NCBI RefSeq assembly: GCF_040450955.1
Contig: NZ_CP144373.1
Span: 816,486-848,485, forward strand
Direction: 5' to 3'
DNA length: 32,000 bases
Origin: Thermodesulfovibrio autotrophicus
GTDB lineage: Bacteria; Nitrospirota; Thermodesulfovibrionia; Thermodesulfovibrionales; Thermodesulfovibrionaceae
The position numbers and the translations under genes were made by a program. Under the pieces are notes generated by a model. The model had not been told where the DNA came from, ran no database searches, and saw only the letters and a list, made by a program, of their open reading frames with translations. Every line of letters begins with the position of its first letter. Position 1 is the stretch's first letter. Below, piece after piece: positions 26,134 to 32,000 of this stretch.

Positions 26134-26900
26134 AGGAGAAATGCTCCAAGAATATAATCCCAGATGAGTATTACAACGCTTGAAAGCACAACTGCGTTTG
26201 TTGTTGCTCTGCTGACTCCTCTTGCTCCATAACCAGCATTATAGCCCATAAATGTGCATATCCAGGTAACAAGAAGACCAAAACTCAGAGATTTGTAAAG
26301 TCCGATTTTTATATCTTCCATATCAACATGAAGCTCCATCTGAGAAAAGTATGTTCCTTCGCTTAAACCAAGAGCATGAACTGAAATAAGATATCCACCA
26401 TAGATACCCACCACATCAAAAACTGCCGTTAACAGAGGAAAAGTAACAATACCAGCAAGAATATTGGGAACCACCACATATTTCATTGGATTAACTGCCA
26501 TGACGGTAAGGGCATCAATCTGCTCAGTAATTCGCATTATTCCAATTTCTGCTGTTACTGCAGAACCAGCCCTTCCTGTTACCATCAAAGCACAAAGCAC
26601 AGGACCAAGTTCTCTTATAAGGGAAAGGGCAACAACAGGTCCTAAAAGTGCCTCTGAGCCAAATTTATTTAGTGCATGATAACCCTGAAGTGCTAAAACC
26701 ATTCCGCTAAAGGCACCTGTAAAGACTACAACAATCATTGATTTATTGCCGAAAAATCTTACCTGCCTGAGAAAATTTCTGAATTTAAGCGGAGGAGTAA
26801 AAATATGATAAATTGAATCAACGAGGAAGATAAACATTCTTCCTAAAAAAATTAAAAGCTCTATGGTGTATCTGCCAATAAATTTTATAAATGCTATCAT
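26130..26900 (-). CDS. mlaE: MlaE ABC-transporter permease
   Basis: 256 aa, polytopic. ELGPVLCALMVTGRAGSAVTAEIGIMRITEQIDAL is the conserved MlaE/Ttg2B core. Confidence 0.9.
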   Translation of the reverse strand: MIAFIKFIGRYTIELLIFLGRMFIFLVDSIYHIFTPPLKFRNFLRQVRFFGNKSMIVVVFTGAFSGMVLALQGYHALNKFGSEALLGPVVALSLIRELGPVLCALMVTGRAGSAVTAEIGIMRITEQIDALTVMAVNPMKYVVVPNILAGIVTFPLLTAVFDVVGIYGGYLISVHALGLSEGTYFSQMELHVDMEDIKIGLYKSLSFGLLVTWICTFMGYNAGYGARGVSRATTNAVVLSSVVILIWDYILGAFLL

Positions 26901-27000
26901 TGAAGTTTTAAGATATCCATTTTAGCTTTTTTTTGTCAACATTTGCTTAAAACTATCATTTAATGTTAAATTAGAAAAAATTTTTTGAAAGGAGCTATAT

Positions 27001-27882
27001 ATGAAATATTTGAAAATTCTTATCTTTCTGTTGAGTTTTTCACTTATTTTTGCCTGTAGTAAAAGTGACGAAGTGGTGGTAAAAGCTGGTTCATCAAAGC
27101 TTACCAAAAAAGAACTTCAGGAAGACCTTAAGAGTCTTCCTCCTCAAACAAGAGTCTTTCTTGCTTCACCTGAAGGTGTTAATCGTTTAAAAGATGAATT
27201 GATTAAAAGAGAGATTTTATATGAAGAAGCAAAGAAAAAAGACCTGGCAAAGTCAGAGGAATTTAAAAGAAGAGTTGAAGAATTCAAAAAAATTACACTT
27301 ATTAACATGTTGCTTGAGCAGGAGTTGAAAAATTTACCCCAGGTTAGTGAAAAAGATGCAGAGGATTATTATGAAAAAAATAAAGATCAGTTTATTAGAC
27401 CAACTGAAGTAAGATTGAGCCAGATAGTTGTAAAAAATGAAGACGAAGCTAAAAAAGTTTATGAAAGAATTGACAAAGGTGAGGATTTTGGGAAAATAGC
27501 TAAGGAGATTTCAAAGGATGAAAAAACAAAAGCTTCTGGTGGAGACATGGGATTCTTTAAAAAAGGACAACTCAACCCACAAATAGAAAATATTGCCTTC
27601 AGCCTGAAAAAAGGTCAGGTAAGCATGCCTCTGAATTTAAAAGGACAGCTTTATATATTTAAAGTTACTGATGTGAAGGGAACGCCTATTCAGTTTGAGC
27701 AAATTAAATCCCAGTTGATTGAACAGCTTAGAGCAAAAAAACAGCAGGACTGGTTTAACAGCTATATTGAAGAACTCAAAAAGAAACACAAAGTAGAGGT
27801 TAATGAAAAGGCTTTACAGGAAATACTTAATCAGGCTTTGATTGGAAGTAAACCTGAAGAAATGCCTAAGCAGGCTAAATAA
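27001..27882 (+). CDS. Parvulin-type peptidyl-prolyl isomerase lipoprotein (PrsA/SurA-like)
   Basis: 293 aa. Lipobox LIFAC. PpiC domain (VRLSQIVV...FGKIAKEISKDEKTKASGGDMGFFKKGQL). SD GGAG 7 nt upstream. Confidence 0.8.
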   Translation: MKYLKILIFLLSFSLIFACSKSDEVVVKAGSSKLTKKELQEDLKSLPPQTRVFLASPEGVNRLKDELIKREILYEEAKKKDLAKSEEFKRRVEEFKKITLINMLLEQELKNLPQVSEKDAEDYYEKNKDQFIRPTEVRLSQIVVKNEDEAKKVYERIDKGEDFGKIAKEISKDEKTKASGGDMGFFKKGQLNPQIENIAFSLKKGQVSMPLNLKGQLYIFKVTDVKGTPIQFEQIKSQLIEQLRAKKQQDWFNSYIEELKKKHKVEVNEKALQEILNQALIGSKPEEMPKQAK

Positions 27883-29265
27883 TTACTTACCAATGCAGAA
27901 TTCACTGAAGATTAAATTCAATATCTCTTCAGTGGTAACAACACCCACAATCTGACCAAGAAAACTCAGAGCCTCTCTGAGAAACATGGCAGTTATCTCA
28001 AGAGGCTCTTTTTTTTCAAAGCTTTTAAGGGCATTTTCAAGGGCTTCAATGGCATTTTCAAGTGCTACTTTATGTCTCAATTTTGTCACAATCACTCCTT
28101 CTTGCTCATACTTCCCTGAAATTGTTGTATTGAAAATAAGCTCCTTCAACTGTTGTATTCCATCACCCTTTAAAGCGGAGATCTCAACAGCAGGCTTGTC
28201 TTTAAGAGTCTCTGGCAACTGGAATTCCTTACTTTTTATATCTTTTTTGTTTATTACAACAATGACTTTCCTATGGATTACCTTGTTTATTATTTCTTCA
28301 TCAAGACTGTCAATGGGTCTGCTACTGTCAAGGACAAGTAAAATAAGCTCAGCTAATTCAACTGCCCTTAAACTTCTTTTTATACCCTCTGCCTCTACAA
28401 GATCATGGGCTTCACGGATACCTGCAGTATCAACAATCTTAAGAGGCATTCCCTTAATGTTTATGTATTCTTCTATAATATCCCTTGTAGTGCCTGGAAT
28501 TTCTGTTACAATCGCTCTGTCTTTCATCAGCAAAGCATTAAGCAATGAAGACTTTCCAACATTTGGTTTACCCACAATTGCAGCTCTTAGTCCTTCCCTG
28601 TAGATTTTACCCTCTTCATATCCTTCAATGAGTCTTTTAATCTCCTCCTTTATACGATTTATCTCACTTTGAATCTGCTCATGGGTTAATCCATCAATAT
28701 CCTCCTCAGGAAAATCAATATAAGCTTCCACATGAGCACAAACCCTCATAAGAGAGTCTCTCAATTCATTGATTTTTTCGGAAAGCTTTCCACTTAAATG
28801 CTCTAATGCAATTTTTTGAGCCTGTTCAGTTTTTGCTCTGATTAGGTCAATTACTGACTCAGCCTGACTCAGGTCAATTCTACCTCTTAAAAATGCCCTT
28901 TTTGTAAACTCTCCTGGCTCAGCAAGACGAGCACCAAGACAGACAACAAGGTCAAGAATCTTTTTTAATGTCACATATCCGGCATGACAGTTAATTTCCA
29001 CCACATCTTCTCTGGTGTAAGTATTTGGAGCTCGCATAACAGTCACCAAAACTTCATCAATCTTCTGCCCTGTTTTAGGATCAATTATAAAACCGTAGTG
29101 AATCGTATGACTCTTTACATCTGAAAGTTTTACTCCCCTTGGGCTATGAAATATTTTGCTTACAATAGGTATGGCGTCTTTTCCACTTATACGGATTATT
29201 CCAATTCCACCTTCTCCTAAGGGCGTGCTTATGGCAGCAATTGTGTCAAACTCTGAAGAAATCAC
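27883..29265 (-). CDS. mnmE: tRNA modification GTPase MnmE (TrmE)
   Basis: 460 aa. GKPNVGKSSLLNAL, DTAGIR, C-terminal CIGK. Its stop abuts the stop of the convergent ppiC-type gene with 0 nt between. Confidence 0.95.
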   Translation of the reverse strand: MISSEFDTIAAISTPLGEGGIGIIRISGKDAIPIVSKIFHSPRGVKLSDVKSHTIHYGFIIDPKTGQKIDEVLVTVMRAPNTYTREDVVEINCHAGYVTLKKILDLVVCLGARLAEPGEFTKRAFLRGRIDLSQAESVIDLIRAKTEQAQKIALEHLSGKLSEKINELRDSLMRVCAHVEAYIDFPEEDIDGLTHEQIQSEINRIKEEIKRLIEGYEEGKIYREGLRAAIVGKPNVGKSSLLNALLMKDRAIVTEIPGTTRDIIEEYINIKGMPLKIVDTAGIREAHDLVEAEGIKRSLRAVELAELILLVLDSSRPIDSLDEEIINKVIHRKVIVVINKKDIKSKEFQLPETLKDKPAVEISALKGDGIQQLKELIFNTTISGKYEQEGVIVTKLRHKVALENAIEALENALKSFEKKEPLEITAMFLREALSFLGQIVGVVTTEEILNLIFSEFCIGK

Positions 29266-30806
29266 TTAGCTTTTTTTATCTTCTGGTTAATATAAAACTG
29301 CTGGACTATTCCAAATATGTTATTTATAAGCCAGTAAAGAACGAGTCCTGAAGGAAAACTCAGAAATAAAAATGTAAAAACTACTGGCATAAGTAACATT
29401 ATTTTTTGTTGGGTTGGATCGGCAGTTGAAGGAGTCATCTTTTGTTGAATCAACATTGTAGCACCCATTAAAATGGGTAGAATATAGTAGGGGTCCTTTG
29501 CTGAAAGGTCTTGAATCCATAACATGAATGGAGCCTGCCTGAGCTCAATGGCTATTGTAAGGATTTTATAGAGAGCAAAAAATACAGGAATCTGAAGAAG
29601 TATGGGAAGACATCCACTCATTGGATTGATTTTGTATTTTTTGTAAAGTTCCATCATCTCCTTTTGAAGTCTCTGGGGATCGTTTTTGTATTGTTCTTTC
29701 AATTGCATTAATTTTGGCTGAAGCTCACTGAGCTTTTGCATTGACTTCTGCCCACGATTAACTATAGGAATAAAGGGAATTCTTACAAGTATTGTGAGAA
29801 TTATTATGGCAATTCCGTAATTTCCAGTGAAGCTATAAAGAAGCTTTAAAAACCAAAAAAGAGGACGGGCTATAATTGAGAAAAATCCAAAATCCACTAT
29901 GTGCTCAAGCCCAACATTAAATTTTTTGAGATAATCATAATCTTTTGGCGCAGTAAATACTTTATACTGATTTGTTCCATCCTGAAATTCAACTGCTGTT
30001 AAAGCATTTCCATTATAAGGTAAAACAACGAATTGTTGAGCTTTACTTACAGGAACAATGGCTGAAAAAAAGTATTTATCCTCCTGCGCAATCCATTTTA
30101 CACCTTCTCTGTATGTAACAGGTTCCTTTATTTTTGAAGGATTGAGCTCAACTCTCTCAGCTTCTTTTAAAATCACAGGACCCCAGTGAGGTGCACCTGT
30201 TTTATCAAAAATTCCAAAATCCTCCCCCAGTGTTACATAATAAGAACCAACACCACTTATCTCTTCTTTTAAATCAATTGAGTAATCAGCTTTATTAAAA
30301 ATGAAACTTCTTTTAATTGAACTGCTCCCATCACTCCAGTTAAATACCACCACTGCTTCACTGGAATTTTTAAATGTTGCCTTTGAATCGTCTACATTGA
30401 AAATAATCTTTGCATAATCAAATTTACCATCCTTAATTATTGAAATTGCTGGAATTTGACTGGAAGAAAGTTTAATGGGATTACCCTTTGAATCTTTATA
30501 TTTTTTCAATTCCACTGATTTAATAGTTGCACCTTCGTTTGAAAGAACCACTTTGAAGACTTCATTTTCTACAACCACTTCCTTATACTTGACATCTTTG
30601 ACTGCAGGTTTTGTTTCTTCTTTTTTGTCAGAAGGAAAATAAAGAGTTTGCGGAGCAACAGGTTTTTCCTCTTTTTTAACTTCTTGTTTTTGCTGAACTG
30701 GTTGATTTTGTGGCTTATAATACTTTGTGTATAAATACTGGCTACCAAAAAGTATAACCATGCTTAAAATCACTGCTAAAAATGCTCTTAATCCTGCGTT
30801 TTCCAT
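29262..30806 (-). CDS. yidC: Membrane protein insertase YidC
   Basis: 514 aa. N-terminal TM, periplasmic P1 domain, conserved C-terminal core (...YKINPMSGCLPILLQIPVFFALY...). Confidence 0.95.
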   Translation of the reverse strand: MENAGLRAFLAVILSMVILFGSQYLYTKYYKPQNQPVQQKQEVKKEEKPVAPQTLYFPSDKKEETKPAVKDVKYKEVVVENEVFKVVLSNEGATIKSVELKKYKDSKGNPIKLSSSQIPAISIIKDGKFDYAKIIFNVDDSKATFKNSSEAVVVFNWSDGSSSIKRSFIFNKADYSIDLKEEISGVGSYYVTLGEDFGIFDKTGAPHWGPVILKEAERVELNPSKIKEPVTYREGVKWIAQEDKYFFSAIVPVSKAQQFVVLPYNGNALTAVEFQDGTNQYKVFTAPKDYDYLKKFNVGLEHIVDFGFFSIIARPLFWFLKLLYSFTGNYGIAIIILTILVRIPFIPIVNRGQKSMQKLSELQPKLMQLKEQYKNDPQRLQKEMMELYKKYKINPMSGCLPILLQIPVFFALYKILTIAIELRQAPFMLWIQDLSAKDPYYILPILMGATMLIQQKMTPSTADPTQQKIMLLMPVVFTFLFLSFPSGLVLYWLINNIFGIVQQFYINQKIKKAK

Positions 30807-30810
30807 ACTC

Positions 30811-31035
30811 TCACCTTAATGGATCATATCCTCCTGGATGAAAAGGATGACATTTAAGTATTCTTCTAATTGCAAGAAAAATACCCTTTGCACCATATTT
30901 TTTAATAGCCTGCTCTGCATATTCTGAACATGTTGGATAAAATCTGCATGCAGGAGGCATAAATGGCGATATAAACCTCCTGTAAAATCTTATTAAAATT
31001 AAAAAAACTCTGGATATTAAGGAGTTAGTCTCCAT
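30811..31035 (-). CDS. yidD: Membrane protein insertion efficiency factor YidD
   Basis: 74 aa. RFYRRFISP...[19 protein letters not shown] motif. Confidence 0.9.
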   Translation of the reverse strand: METNSLISRVFLILIRFYRRFISPFMPPACRFYPTCSEYAEQAIKKYGAKGIFLAIRRILKCHPFHPGGYDPLR

Positions 31036-31157
31036 CTACCCTTTGCTCTTCTTCTTTTTATTACTCTTCTTCCCCCTGGAGTGCTCATCCTTTTAAGAAA
31101 ACCGTGCGTTCTTTTCTTTTTAAGCTTATGGGGATGATAGGTTGTGTAAGCTCCCAA
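31017..31157 (-). CDS. rpmH: 50S ribosomal protein L34 (46 aa, TTG start); not in the ORF track
   Basis: Manual translation: (TTG)[46 protein letters not shown]-stop. GGGAGG lies 7-8 nt upstream of the TTG. 141 nt in frame. The 3' end overlaps the yidD start by 19 nt. Confidence 0.85.
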   Translation of the reverse strand: MGAYTTYHPHKLKKKRTHGFLKRMSTPGGRRVIKRRRAKGRWRLTP

Positions 31158-31172
31158 TTTTTAACCTCCCTT

Positions 31173-31373
31173 TTAAAATTTGTAAGGAATAAGAGTTCTT
31201 ATAGCCCTATACTGAGTTTCGTCAACCTGAGCTGGATGCTTTAAATGTCTTGTCCTCTTTGAAGGTTTACCTGTAAGTAAATGGCTTTTATTGGCTCTTC
31301 TGCGCATAATCTTGCCCGTTGCTGTAACTTTAAATCTTTTTGCCGCTCCTCTGTGTGTTTTTAGTTTTGGCAT
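31173..31373 (-). CDS. rpmI: 50S ribosomal protein L35
   Basis: [22 protein letters not shown]... The track ORF starts 6 codons earlier (31391), but GAGGAGGAG sits 7 nt upstream of the ATG at 31373, and L35 proteins start MPK. Confidence 0.9.
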   Translation of the reverse strand: MPKLKTHRGAAKRFKVTATGKIMRRRANKSHLLTGKPSKRTRHLKHPAQVDETQYRAIRTLIPYKF

Positions 31374-31432
31374 AAACAATCTCCTCCTCACTGAGTTTAG
31401 ATGGATATTTTAATAAAAATTTAATGAAATTA

Positions 31433-31939
31433 TCAATCTTTTCCTGGAGCTATAATCATACTCATGTTGTTACCTTCAAGGCGGGGTTCCTGCTCAATTC
31501 TGTGAGAAAAACCTATAAGAAGAGCCTTTATTTTATCAAAAACTTTCATTCCCAGTTCAGGATGAACAATTTCTCTTCCTCTGAAAAAAAGTGTTACTCT
31601 TGCTTTATCTCCGTCTTCAAGGAATCTTTTAATATGTTTTACTTTTAGTTGAAGGTCATGATCTGAAATCTGTGGTCTTATCTTTATTTCTTTTACTGTA
31701 GAAGTCTTCTTTGAGGAGCTCTTTTTGTCAAGTTGATACTTATATTTTCCATAGTCCATTATTTTACAAACTGGTGGATTTGCATTTGGTGCTACTTCTA
31801 CAAGATCATAACCTCTGTCCCTCGCTATCTGAATAGCTTCTCTGGTGCTTACCACTCCAATCTGTTTACCATTTTCATCAACCAATCTTACTTCCTTTGC
31901 TTTAATACCTTCATTTACTCTAATTTCCTTTGTTGCTAT
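31433..31939 (-). CDS. infC: Translation initiation factor IF-3, with non-canonical ATA start
   Basis: The track ORF begins at an internal TTG (31885). The frame stays open 18 codons further (IATKEIRVNEGIKAKEVR-LVDENGKQ...), back to an in-frame TGA. ATA at 31939..31937 sits 5 nt after GAGGAGGTG. Confidence 0.85.
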   Translation of the reverse strand: MATKEIRVNEGIKAKEVRLVDENGKQIGVVSTREAIQIARDRGYDLVEVAPNANPPVCKIMDYGKYKYQLDKKSSSKKTSTVKEIKIRPQISDHDLQLKVKHIKRFLEDGDKARVTLFFRGREIVHPELGMKVFDKIKALLIGFSHRIEQEPRLEGNNMSMIIAPGKD

Positions 31940-31956
31940 CTTCTCACCTCCTCAAT

Positions 31957-32000
31957 TTATTTTCTCTGCTGTATTCTTTCAAAAAGCTGCTGTAAAAACT
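31957..32000 (-). CDS. 3' end of an upstream CDS running off the right edge (possibly thrS by synteny)
   Basis: One minus-strand frame reads ...FLQQLFERIQQRK-stop (TAA 31959..31957). Only 14 codons are visible, so the identity rests on the usual thrS-infC order. Confidence 0.25.
   Translation of the reverse strand, partial: FLQQLFERIQQRK

Noticed and set aside
26922-27107. 61-aa minus-strand ORF across the mlaE/ppiC intergenic region.
   Set aside because: It overlaps the signal-peptide-encoding start of the well-supported plus-strand lipoprotein gene. It has no SD and a low-complexity sequence.
27986-28603. 205-aa plus-strand ORF.
   Set aside because: It lies entirely antisense to mnmE. 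It is Ser/Leu/Phe-rich with no motifs, so it is a shadow ORF in an AT-rich genome with few stops on the antisense frame.
31374-31391. Longer rpmI start ([12 protein letters not shown]...) given by the ORF track.
   Set aside because: The strong SD GAGGAGGAG lies within those extra codons, 7 nt upstream of the second ATG. L35 proteins canonically begin MPK.
1-32000. Looked for CRISPR repeats, IS or transposase ends, integrases, toxin-antitoxin pairs, restriction-modification or other defence genes, tRNA or rRNA genes, and compositional islands.
   Set aside because: None recognised. Every sizeable ORF is accounted for by housekeeping, envelope or respiration functions, and intergenic spacers are too short (mostly under 100 nt) to hide RNA genes or arrays.

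Overview
AT-rich (about one-third G+C by eye), very gene-dense core-chromosome segment from a diderm bacterium. The gene content suggests an anaerobic, possibly thermophilic lineage such as Thermodesulfovibrio/Nitrospirota, but that is a guess I cannot verify without a search. I count about 34 protein genes, about 29 of them on the minus strand, many with 4-30 nt start/stop overlaps. I recognised no tRNA, rRNA, CRISPR array, transposase, integrase or phage gene.

Content from left to right:
- A partial MCP, then ychF, an 87-aa ORF, tatC, tatA/B and an OMP, all on the minus strand.
- lysR, a DsbC-like gene, tilS, an HtrA-like PDZ protein and hemW.
- An orphan radical-SAM/SPASM gene.
- A periplasmic selenocysteine formate dehydrogenase (FdhAB). 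The ORF track splits it at the in-frame UGA.
- A PAS histidine kinase and a sigma-54 (NtrC-type) response regulator.
- purM, nadC, a repeat-containing tail-anchored protein and valS.
- An mlaEFD-(TolC-like)-mlaC-(REC) cluster.
- A parvulin lipoprotein.
- mnmE-yidC-yidD-rpmH fused directly to rpmI-infC.

I did not find a defence-island-like or clearly new multi-gene system; the window looks like housekeeping DNA. The items most worth a second look are:
1. A sigma-54-like promoter followed by an intrinsic terminator with an alternative pairing in the 5' leader of the Sec-FDH operon. This is a candidate conditional attenuator or riboswitch of unknown class.
2. The rpmI|rpmH junction, where both rplT and rnpA are missing and rpmH overlaps yidD.
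3. A TolC-family barrel embedded in the Mla operon, with no MlaA or MlaB gene in this cluster or elsewhere in the window.
4. A recurring promoter-abutting-ATG (leaderless-looking) architecture at several operon-first genes.

All family calls come from motif recognition by eye. No database search was possible.
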